64,000 nucleotides of DNA from Candidatus Saccharimonadales bacterium (GTDB lineage: Bacteria; Patescibacteriota; Saccharimonadia; Saccharimonadales; 2-12-FULL-41-12): positions 5,690 to 69,689 of the forward strand of contig JANWLD010000003.1 of assembly GCA_025451045.1 (NCBI GenBank), read 5' to 3'. The notes below the pieces were generated by a model. That model was not told the origin of the DNA. It made no database searches and worked only from the letters and a program-made list of their open reading frames with translations. Every line of letters begins with the position of its first letter. Positions within the stretch are counted from its first letter, which is position 1. Positions 9,901 to 16,372 of this stretch are shown one piece after another. Both the position numbers and the translations under genes were made by a program.

Positions 9901-10877
9901 ATGATACCGGTGCAAGCATCACCACGTCCGATGCGCGCGATATTAGCATCACGTTGGCTAATACTGCCACTGATAGCAATTTCATAGTCAACACTGCCGC
10001 CAGCTCGACTTCTAAGTTTGCTATCCAAAGCGCTGGTACTGACGCGTTTTCCATCACCAACGTTGCCAGCGCAGAAGGTTCGGCCCTGTTCAAGAACAAA
10101 ACTGATAATACTACTGGTTTCCAAGTCCAAAATTCATCAGGCAATGCATTACTCACCGCTGATACTACTAACACACGCTTATATGTAGGCGTTGTAGCGG
10201 GCTCGACTACCGGCACGTCTCTAGTGCTAAGCAATGATACGAACGCGACCTACAGCGCAGGTACTGCCACGAACGCGCCAACCGAGGTAGACGGAGCGAT
10301 GTTCTATAGCTCTACGAACCATAGTTTCTTATGTGGTACGGCCGGATCGTGGCAGACCTGCACAGGACTGCTATATTCGAATACGTCTGCCCCGTCAGCG
10401 GTCAACACATGTACCACAGCCTGCGCAGCCTTCAACGTACCTGCTGCAATCCCGGCCAATTATTGCCAAGCAGGCCGGGTAATCCGTCTGACCGCTAGAG
10501 GCATATGGTCCAGTGCGAACGCTTCCATAGCATTTGGTATTTACTATGGAACCGATGGTACAACTAAAACGAATGATACTCTGCTGGGGGATGCGACCCA
10601 GGCGACCCTAGCCACGCTAGACGCGAACAACTGGGGCTGGTCGCTGGATACGACGATAATATGTTTTGACACGACCCATATGATGGCTGAAACGGTAGAA
10701 ACATCTCGAGTCAGCGCTACCGCCACCACTACCAACGCCACTTACACGACTAATACCTCCTCTAGTACCTCAGTTACTTCCAATTCCGCGAAGAATCTGT
10801 ATGTATTCCCGGCGTTCAGTACATCTGCAGCCGGTAATACAGCAACACTTCAGCAATTAGTGGTTACTGGCAACTAG
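3912..10877 (+). CDS. Giant single-pass membrane/surface protein (2,321 aa): N-terminal Cys4 zinc ribbon, disordered linker, TM helix, repetitive ectodomain with a glycine-rich domain
   Basis: Uninterrupted 6.97-kb ORF.
- Zinc ribbon: C9-x2-C12...C26-x3-C30 (nt 3936-4001).
- Linker: P/A/T/Q-rich.
- TM helix: WALGLVLPLFLIGIGGSIFFSL (nt 4722-4787).
- Repeats: six copies of a module containing ST(T/A)AFQ(V/I)QN...L(F/L)xxDTTN(T/S)(R/K)IGIG.
- Poly-Gly domain: nt ~7740-8530.
- C-terminus: Cys-containing Ser/Thr-rich domain. Confidence 0.85.
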   Translation: MAATKIKKCQMCLALFTATRKDAKTCSATCRKRLHRTLQANTVQEKVAKVERVVSEEFHRLAGSLLGNHVAFEPLLLSDETGSIPVVEAPPETTENNLASTDPVVAPPTWAEGEAHQLASVAAPVSVSPAAPAPAPAQPAPTQPLHQPGNVFTPDSAAPQASTTPVAAETTTNSTNSDSLESEQKTTSNQNLPTDITNQTIQPTATNPSNELNNQLGTAAAQQRVDLFSMASSSGPVAVTDKQADTYSPLNFIKGIFGLGNSEASRKRRNWALGLVLPLFLIGIGGSIFFSLQEKNHQLASNQQQAEPSGPAKPINFSDGYKLSTNVPLEANQSIIISPTAQPKDLQKGQIFFDQTANELFYYNGTEVIGLNPSTITINGQGGDVALGSGLGFSGGTLSNSGVTGINGTANQINVNHATGSVTLSLPQNIGTASTPTFAGLNLASALPVSEGGTGATSFAANTVLLGNGSGALQSTNVGSTGECLIIDSGGTPTFQNCASGGGVFAGGSQTPGTLTKFDTTTNQIVDSLVSESGSTVTVNGDLSITGTTSGNGSGLTDLNASQLTSGTIPSARVTGNYTGITGTGALTTGSIASGFGTISTGNNITTSATIQGGVVNATTTLQLGGTNINTGGTLSNVAYLDQDNTLTGHNLFQNFSNSTTAFQIQNSTGTSNLFVADTTNTRIGIGTAGPGYRLDVQGGDINTSGMYRANGSQISSANLSNDANLAKINGSNIFSAANTFSSTVAIQGANSLTLGTASNVGSVIFRDGASANTGTLQLEGTLGGNVTYNLPTSTGTQTVCTIETGNCAGSGSGVTGSGTINKLAKFTDGQEIGDSSITDDGSTVTVSASQVIQGAAGLTIGANAVNGQLVLKNSSNANTLTLQSGVTTSNLTLTLPTGDGSNGYCLKTNGSGILAFASCTGGPGGGVTSVNALSGTLNLEGTANQISVSSAGDTITLSLPQDINIGGNAAFRTITLTGADTADNLIVANALSGATGKLLDLKVNNVSKVTIDASGNINTVGQYQVNGLQISSANLSNDANLAKLDGTGPQTFTGNNLFKSDSTTAFQVQNSAGTSNLFVADTTNTRIGIGTPTPGYTLDANGDINTSGVYRIGGNTICSASGCTATSGSGSYVQNGTVMQTANFNIQSAAAGSVTAVIQGANSQSADLLQLKTSTPFTVMSVGATGAALFKNSADSTAAFQIQNAGGQSLFVANTTAQQIAIGPAAIPANGVLTIGTNTTATSGGIYFGTDTNLYRSAGATLTTDTALTVGGTLAVAGGVSGGGTGASGGTGGGASGDDGGAGGGAIGTVNGGSSTGIDTGITGAQSIDISGLFAVLTNVGGFPTTSPGAGSPTGSGVTANINHGGSATGFGCGGGGAGFYGGNGGNGLYGGGGGGAAGFSATNMTGGAGGQGVVVISPVGGTNVVKTSGSSYTVPAGITTIKVWAIGAGGGGGGATDIDPSSGGGGGAGGVAYRTFVVVPGNTISYSLGTGGAGGIDTNNGTDGGSTTFTVGATTITANGGAGGKYNNAATNNGGTFSSGNTGSVVVNGGLTVTGNTTLFQNYTNSTTAFQVQNTAGTNIFNVDTTNSKIGTANTTVASTDSAALTIKSGDASGSTSNSGAVTIDSGTATGTAGNISIGTGAYAHNVTIGNTTGSSAVTIQGGTGAINIGTQAVADTITIGNSTGASSVVINNGTGALNIGTNAIAHTITLGNSTGATSIVANCGTGACSFGTNAIAHTTTVGSLTGAATTTIQGGTGGVNLGTGGIANTIQIGNTTGGVAQTINIGNNGTGGSTNTVVIGSTIAGATTLQSAGGVSITTLGSADTATFLCRNSSNIIATCTSSGTSFNQSGNSFGATATLGTTDNNGLNIITNSATVASLSNSGAALFKNASNSTAGFQVQNSSGNELLTVDTTNSKIILGKANTVNGTIDFKSSSSAYTVTLQAGATGSTNPSFTLPTADGTTGQCLQTNGSGVLSFGACIGVGTTGTLQQSYDTGASITTSDARDISITLANTATDSNFIVNTAASSTSKFAIQSAGTDAFSITNVASAEGSALFKNKTDNTTGFQVQNSSGNALLTADTTNTRLYVGVVAGSTTGTSLVLSNDTNATYSAGTATNAPTEVDGAMFYSSTNHSFLCGTAGSWQTCTGLLYSNTSAPSAVNTCTTACAAFNVPAAIPANYCQAGRVIRLTARGIWSSANASIAFGIYYGTDGTTKTNDTLLGDATQATLATLDANNWGWSLDTTIICFDTTHMMAETVETSRVSATATTTNATYTTNTSSSTSVTSNSAKNLYVFPAFSTSAAGNTATLQQLVVTGN
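6050..6095 (+). repeat. Internal 46-nt direct repeat, copy 1 (encodes QISSANLSNDANLAK)
   Basis: 45/46 identical to nt 6998-7043. Flanking module sequence is ~80% identical by eye. Confidence 0.9.
6998..7043 (+). repeat. Internal 46-nt direct repeat, copy 2
   Basis: 45/46 identical to nt 6050-6095. Confidence 0.9.
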
Positions 10878-10888
10878 GAAAGATGGGT

Positions 10889-11467
10889 TTACTTTTGCAA
10901 GGAGTTCAAGACTTGTTTAAGCTGGTCTTGATTAATGTCATACGGCGCGGTGATTATTAACCAAGTTTTATTATTCGTGGGCAGGCTAACAACCGTTTTT
11001 AAATTTTTCTCAGTGCCGTAAGCCCCTACCTCTGCTTCGCCGAGGTTCGTGCCCATCTTATTACGCAAGGGAATATAATTGCTGTAAAAGCTTTGGATTT
11101 TGCTGTCCGAAGGCTGCTGCTGGGTAGAGAATATCAACTTCTTGCCGTCGCCATAGTTGACGGAGTAAATTATCACGCCTTTCTCCGGAGAAGTAAAAGA
11201 GCCCTTGTTAAGCGTGTAGCCGTTGGGTAATTTTTTGATATCTGGGTAATAGACAGGGAAGTTAACTGATTCGCTAAGGTTTTTAGGCACAGGGCTTTTG
11301 GTGCTGTTAGCGTAGAGCCATCCACCAGCACAGGCAATACCGGCGGCAATAACAAAGCAAATGATTGCCATTTTTAACTTACGGTTGCTTTTTTTAGATC
11401 GAAATTCGCGTCGCTCATTAGTTTCTTCTCGATCTGTACTTAAGGGGTCAGTTTTTGTTCTCTGCAT
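10889..11467 (-). CDS. Membrane-anchored hypothetical protein (DUF4367-like by feel)
   Basis: 192 aa. Basic N-terminus, one TM (MAIICFVIAAGIACAGGWLY), then a beta-rich ectodomain with LPNGYTL. Convergent with the giant gene across an 11-nt gap. Confidence 0.6.
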   Translation of the reverse strand: MQRTKTDPLSTDREETNERREFRSKKSNRKLKMAIICFVIAAGIACAGGWLYANSTKSPVPKNLSESVNFPVYYPDIKKLPNGYTLNKGSFTSPEKGVIIYSVNYGDGKKLIFSTQQQPSDSKIQSFYSNYIPLRNKMGTNLGEAEVGAYGTEKNLKTVVSLPTNNKTWLIITAPYDINQDQLKQVLNSLQK

Positions 11468-11526
11468 GACTCCAATGTTATCGTAAGCGTTTGGCCAAAA
11501 GCAAACCCGTCACTTAAACTGAAACA

Positions 11527-11555
11527 TTGACATTAGCAATATTAAATGCTACCAT
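11527..11555 (+). promoter_or_regulatory. Promoter upstream of the KGG stress-protein leader
   Basis: TTGACA-17 nt-TACCAT with TGC immediately upstream (extended -10). Confidence 0.4.
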
Positions 11556-11650
11556 AAGTACAATTCGGGAGAATTAGAGGGGTCCTAGAGGACCTTTTTT
11601 ATTCCTCTGAAATCCGGGTGGACCTATAAACTTAAGGGAGGTCACGACAG

Positions 11651-11845
11651 ATGGCTGGAACTAAAACTGGCGGCAAAGCCGCAGCAAAGACTAACAAAAC
11701 TAAGTACGGCTCTGATTTTTACGCAAAAATCGGTGCTATGGGCGGCAAAAAAGGCCGAACTGGCGGATTCTACGCAAACCGTGAATTAGCCCGACTTGCT
11801 GGCGCTAAGGGCGGGCGTATTAGCCGTCGTACTAAGAAGGGCTAA
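11651..11845 (+). CDS. KGG-repeat general stress protein (YciG/Con-10-like)
   Basis: 64 aa with repeated GGKKG / AKGG motifs. SD AGGGAGG upstream. Confidence 0.7.
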   Translation: MAGTKTGGKAAAKTNKTKYGSDFYAKIGAMGGKKGRTGGFYANRELARLAGAKGGRISRRTKKG

Positions 11846-11869
11846 ACTTCTTAGTTAAATAACGAAGGG

Positions 11870-11900
11870 CCGCTTGGGCAACCAAGCGGTTTTTCTTTTG
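11870..11900 (+). terminator. Intrinsic terminator after the KGG gene
   Basis: CCGCTTGG-GCAA-CCAAGCGG followed by TTTTTCTTTT. Confidence 0.75.
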
Positions 11901-11938
11901 TTTTGTATTAATTCTATCCGCTACAACCTATAACCTAA

Positions 11939-12394
11939 TCACCGGGAAAGCGATAAGCTTTTCCTGTATGTGCGACAAAAACGTTCGCTGGAAACTTTCC
12001 AGAGATGGCCACAGTTTATACAGCGGTAATTACCGGTAGTTGTCTCGACTCCGGCTTGGGAACAATTGGGGCAAGAACTCCTTTTATAGACCCAGTCCCT
12101 ATAGGTGTCCAGGCATTTGTCTATATGTTTCTCGTTAATCTTATGGCCATATTTCTTTGCTAGTTCTCGGGCTTTTTCCCAAGCCTCCACTTCCATGCGA
12201 AGCAAGCCTAAATCATTTGAATAATAGGTATGGTCACACAGCATATGCCCGGCCTCATGAAGTAATGACCATGCCGGATTCTTTGAATTCTCGACAAAAT
12301 ATATGGTTTTTTCTTCTGGCGACCACTGAAACCTATCTGCAGCGACGAATTTTATCTTTGAGAAGTCTTTTTGCAACTGCTTAATAATTGTCAT
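11939..12394 (-). CDS. HExxH zinc metallopeptidase-like protein with C-terminal zinc ribbon (ImmA/IrrE-like?)
   Basis: 151 aa. LLHEAGHML motif. CPNC...CINC ribbon. Start overlaps the ROK gene stop by 4 nt. Confidence 0.55.
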   Translation of the reverse strand: MTIIKQLQKDFSKIKFVAADRFQWSPEEKTIYFVENSKNPAWSLLHEAGHMLCDHTYYSNDLGLLRMEVEAWEKARELAKKYGHKINEKHIDKCLDTYRDWVYKRSSCPNCSQAGVETTTGNYRCINCGHLWKVSSERFCRTYRKSLSLSR

Positions 12395-13215
12395 TTAACT
12401 AGCCCGTGTTGTTTTAGAAGCACGAAGCAACCATAAATGACCGACTTATCACCGTATTTCGGTCCGAGAAGTGCCTTAGGCTTTCGGATTAACGGCGAAA
12501 GGTGGGAATCCAGATAATTATTGACCGAACCGGCAAATTTATCAGCGAACTGTCCCGCGCCGCCGCCAAAGATAATAACCTCTGGCTGCATTTCACTGCA
12601 ACACACAGCTACACCGTAACCGATGCGTTCTCCTATTTCTTGCCACTGGTTTTCGTCCTTTATCTCTGCAGCTTGTTTGCCGTATATCTTAGTTATGGCT
12701 TTACCGGAGGCAAAACTTTCCCATGTCTGCGATTTTCCTTCGTAAAGTAAAGGCATTTGGCCTACTTCCATATCCTGCAGAGCTTCGACTATCTTGCCGT
12801 CTTCAATTACTGCGCCCCCTATACCGGTACTAATTGTCAGATAAAGTACTTTTTTGTATTCACCAGCAACAGCTCCGGCTTCAGCTAGCCCGCCTAAGCG
12901 GGCGTCGTTTTCTATAATTACCGGTATATCACCGATAACTTTTGAAAGATCGTCTCTTATAGGTTTTTCTTTCCAGCTAATGTTACCTAAAGCATGCGCT
13001 ACCCCCGTATCTCTTGATATCAAACCCGGTACTGCTACAGAACATGCAATATTTGTGTTCGTTGATAAATCAGCAACGTTTTTTTCCAAATCACGGATAA
13101 AAACATTATAATCTTGATTTGTCGTAAATTTTTGTTCAGCAATTATCTTTCCCGCTGAATCAAAAATCGCGATAAGTGTTTTGGATCCTCCGATATCGAT
13201 ACCAAGATAGTTCAT
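12391..13215 (-). CDS. ROK-family sugar kinase (glucokinase-like)
   Basis: 274 aa. N-terminal GIDIGGSK ATPase motif. ROK-like core. Confidence 0.8.
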   Translation of the reverse strand: MNYLGIDIGGSKTLIAIFDSAGKIIAEQKFTTNQDYNVFIRDLEKNVADLSTNTNIACSVAVPGLISRDTGVAHALGNISWKEKPIRDDLSKVIGDIPVIIENDARLGGLAEAGAVAGEYKKVLYLTISTGIGGAVIEDGKIVEALQDMEVGQMPLLYEGKSQTWESFASGKAITKIYGKQAAEIKDENQWQEIGERIGYGVAVCCSEMQPEVIIFGGGAGQFADKFAGSVNNYLDSHLSPLIRKPKALLGPKYGDKSVIYGCFVLLKQHGLVK

Positions 13216-13269
13216 CTCAGGCGATAGTGTATCGTGTCGGGGGATATTTTGTAAAATTTTAAGCAGTGT

Positions 13270-13298
13270 TTGCCATCCACCTATAAAACAGATATAAT
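13270..13298 (+). promoter_or_regulatory. Sigma70-type promoter for rpsA
   Basis: TTGCCA-17 nt-TATAAT. ~115-nt leader ending in SD AAGGAGG. Confidence 0.45.
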
Positions 13299-13420
13299 GA
13301 AGTTAATCTTTCAGGGTTAAACTTAATACTTAGTCAAAGCTAGCTAACAAGGCCGCTTATAAAAGTAAGCAGTAGTAAGTTTGTCCGAAGAAATATTTTA
13401 TAAGGAGGCATGAACTAAAC

Positions 13421-14551
13421 GTGTCAAAATCAGCAACAATAACTATGGATGATTTGCTCAAGGACCAGAAAATAGCTGATCATCTTAAAACCGGCGATGT
13501 GGTAGAGGGCATTGTCGACAGTGTTAGCAAAAGGGAGGTCTGGGTAGACTTAGGTCCGCACGGACTCGGCGCAGTCATGGGCCGGGAAATCGGCCACGGC
13601 CAAAAACTGGAAAAAGGACAAACGGTAACTGTAAGTGTCGTTGACTCCGAAATGGACGAAGGCTACGCGCTTTTAAGCATGCGCCGCGCTGCCAAAGACC
13701 GGGGTTGGGACGAGCTCCAGCGTATATTTGAAAATGAAGAAATAGTCGAAATCATACCTTATGATGCTAACAGAGGCGGGCTATTGGTAGAGCTGGAAGG
13801 AATCCGAGGATTTCTGCCGGTTTCGCAACTGGCGGCCGGGCATTATCCAAGGGTTTCCGGAGCGGACAAGGACGAAATACTCCAGAAGCTGAACGCTTTG
13901 GTCAATAAAGGTATAAGATGCCGGATACTGGACGTCAGCCGTAAAGATAACAAGCTTATCTTTTCTGAAAAAGAAGCAGTTAAAAATGATATGCAAGCTT
14001 TATTCTCCAAATTGGCCGTTGGCGATACCGTAGAAGGCATAGTGACTGGCGTAATTGACTTTGGGGCATTTGTGAACGTTGATGGTATAGAAGGTCTTAT
14101 TCATATTTCGGAAATATCATGGGAGCGCGTAGAAGACCCCAAAGATTATGTAAAAGTCGGTGAAAAAGTGAAGGCCAAGATAATCGCTATTGATAAAGAC
14201 CGCCTGAGCTTAAGCCTGAAACAGATGCAGAAAGACCCATGGTTGGATGAGGTCAGCAAGTTCTCCGAAGGCTCAACAGTTGAGGGCAAGATTACCCGCA
14301 TAACTCCTTTTGGCGCTTTTGTACAACTGAGCCCTTCGGTAGAAGCATTAGTGCATGTTTCGGAAATGGGCAGCGATGATTCGGCCGATCCGGAGAAACT
14401 TTTTAGACTGAATGAGAATAAACAATTCAAAATGATAGATATTGACACCGAAGCGCGTAAGATAGCCTTGAGCCTGAAGGATTCGAAACCGAAAGATAGT
14501 AAACCCAAGGCAGAAAAAGCTAAACCCAAGGCTAGTAAATCTAGTAAATAA
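13421..14551 (+). CDS. rpsA: 30S ribosomal protein S1 (four S1 domains)
   Basis: 376 aa with repeated S1 OB-fold motifs (GDVVEGIV..., GFLPVSQL, GDTVEGIVTGV..FGAFV, GSTVEGKITRITPFGAFV). GTG start 12 nt after the SD. Confidence 0.85.
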   Translation: MSKSATITMDDLLKDQKIADHLKTGDVVEGIVDSVSKREVWVDLGPHGLGAVMGREIGHGQKLEKGQTVTVSVVDSEMDEGYALLSMRRAAKDRGWDELQRIFENEEIVEIIPYDANRGGLLVELEGIRGFLPVSQLAAGHYPRVSGADKDEILQKLNALVNKGIRCRILDVSRKDNKLIFSEKEAVKNDMQALFSKLAVGDTVEGIVTGVIDFGAFVNVDGIEGLIHISEISWERVEDPKDYVKVGEKVKAKIIAIDKDRLSLSLKQMQKDPWLDEVSKFSEGSTVEGKITRITPFGAFVQLSPSVEALVHVSEMGSDDSADPEKLFRLNENKQFKMIDIDTEARKIALSLKDSKPKDSKPKAEKAKPKASKSSK

Positions 14552-14598
14552 TAACCGGTTGTTTAAAAATGTAATTTAAAAGCAAGGAGGAACGACGA

Positions 14599-16356
14599 AT
14601 GACGCGAACAGTCCAAATCGAAGACGGCCTGACAGTCGGTACCCTTGCTGAAAAACTGGATATCCCAGTTTCTAAACTGATTGCTGAGCTAATGAAGAAC
14701 GGCGTGCTAGCTACCGTCAATGAACGGATTGATTTTGACACCGCGGTTATCATAACTTCTGAAATTGACCCAGAAATTACCTTGGAACAAAAACAGGAAG
14801 AAGCCGAAATTCCACGCAAAAAAGCCAAAGCCACTACCGAGGGCGAAAGCCGCCCGCCGGTAGTGGCGGTGATGGGGCATGTCGACCACGGCAAGACTTC
14901 GCTCCTGGACGCCATATGCGGCACCAGTATGGCGAATAAGGAGGCCGGCGGCATAACTCAGCATATCTCGGCTTATCAGGCCAAACACGGCGACAGAGTG
15001 ATTACTTTTCTTGATACGCCGGGCCACGAGGCTTTTGCGGCTATTCGGGAGCATGGCGCCCACCTTACCGACTTGGTAGTGATTGTAGTCGCGGCGGATG
15101 ACGGCATAAAACCGCAGACGCTGGAAGCTATCCGCTTCGCCCAAAAAGCCGGAGTCAAAATACTGGTAGCAGTAAACAAGATTGACAAAGAAGGCGCTGA
15201 CTCTAATAAGGTTAAACAGCAATTGGCAGAACAAAAACTGATGGTAGAAGAATGGGGCGGTGATACCGTTGTCGTCGAGGTGTCGGCCAAAGCGGGCACC
15301 GGAATCGAAAAACTATTAGAGATGATTCTTTTGATATCGGATGTAGAAGAGTTGAAAGCTGAAACCGCTACACCCGCAGAAGGACTAATAATCGAAGCAC
15401 ATATGGAGCAGGGCAGAGGGCCGGTAGGTGTGGCTCTGGTGGAGCAAGGGACTCTTCAAAAAGGCGATTTTGTAGTATCAGGTACAACATATGCCAAAGT
15501 ACGCAATCTGGAAACCACTACCGGAACCACGCTGGACAAAGCCGGACCGTCGACACCCGTAACACTGACAGGCTTTAAGGAATTGCCGCGTTTCGGCGAT
15601 GAGTTCAAAGTGGTAAATGATGAAAAAGCCGCCCGCAGACTGGTTGAAGCAAATGCCCGCGTATCATCTGGTGATGATAAGAATGCTATGACCGGTGGCG
15701 AGCTGATACGGATTATTGATAAGAAAAATCAGGTTTCCGAGCTAAATGTGATTGTAAAAGCTGATGTTCAGGGCTCGCTAAAATCCGTTGTCGATGGCCT
15801 GCGTTCGCTTAATACTGAAGAGGTGGCTGTCCGGATAGTCGGCTTTGGCATTGGCAATATTACGGAAAAAGATGAGCATATGGCCCATACCAGTAGCGCT
15901 ATTATCTATGGATTTAATGTTGAGACACCTACAAATGTAAGACAGCTTTCTAACAGAGATAAAGTATCGATTAGACTATTCAAAGTAATATATGAACTTA
16001 TAGATGACGCCAAGGAAGAAATGGTCAAACTATTGGCTCCTGAAGTGATACGAACGGACTTGGGCCGATTACTGGTAAAAGGCATTTTCAAAATTACCAA
16101 GACAGAAGTAATCTGCGGCGGTGAAGCAACAAAAGGCAAGCTTGTGGTTCCCGCTTATGCTACGGTATACAGAGATGATGAAATTATCGCAGAACAAGTC
16201 GAAATTGTTAGCCTCAAACACGGTCCGCAGGAGACCAAGGAAGTGAATACTGGTGAAATGTGCGGCGTAAGCTTCAAATCCGAATCACGAGTTGACTTGA
16301 AAGAAGGCGATAAGCTGGAATTCTTTACCCTAGAAACTAAGCAAAGAACACTTTAA
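14599..16356 (+). CDS. infB: Translation initiation factor IF-2 (short form)
   Basis: GHVDHGKT, DTPGHEAF and NKID GTPase motifs. SD AAGGAGG. Confidence 0.95.
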   Translation: MTRTVQIEDGLTVGTLAEKLDIPVSKLIAELMKNGVLATVNERIDFDTAVIITSEIDPEITLEQKQEEAEIPRKKAKATTEGESRPPVVAVMGHVDHGKTSLLDAICGTSMANKEAGGITQHISAYQAKHGDRVITFLDTPGHEAFAAIREHGAHLTDLVVIVVAADDGIKPQTLEAIRFAQKAGVKILVAVNKIDKEGADSNKVKQQLAEQKLMVEEWGGDTVVVEVSAKAGTGIEKLLEMILLISDVEELKAETATPAEGLIIEAHMEQGRGPVGVALVEQGTLQKGDFVVSGTTYAKVRNLETTTGTTLDKAGPSTPVTLTGFKELPRFGDEFKVVNDEKAARRLVEANARVSSGDDKNAMTGGELIRIIDKKNQVSELNVIVKADVQGSLKSVVDGLRSLNTEEVAVRIVGFGIGNITEKDEHMAHTSSAIIYGFNVETPTNVRQLSNRDKVSIRLFKVIYELIDDAKEEMVKLLAPEVIRTDLGRLLVKGIFKITKTEVICGGEATKGKLVVPAYATVYRDDEIIAEQVEIVSLKHGPQETKEVNTGEMCGVSFKSESRVDLKEGDKLEFFTLETKQRTL

Positions 16357-16372
16357 TTTAAGAGTAGAAAAT

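Noticed and set aside
4649-10741. Numerous 65-198-aa ORFs on both strands inside the giant gene (for example 8633-9229 -, 9230-9718 -, 5781-6245 -)
   Set aside because: These are shadow ORFs produced by Gly/Ala/Thr/Ser-codon-rich repetitive sequence. Their low-complexity P/V/A-rich translations sit inside a continuous 6.97-kb frame.
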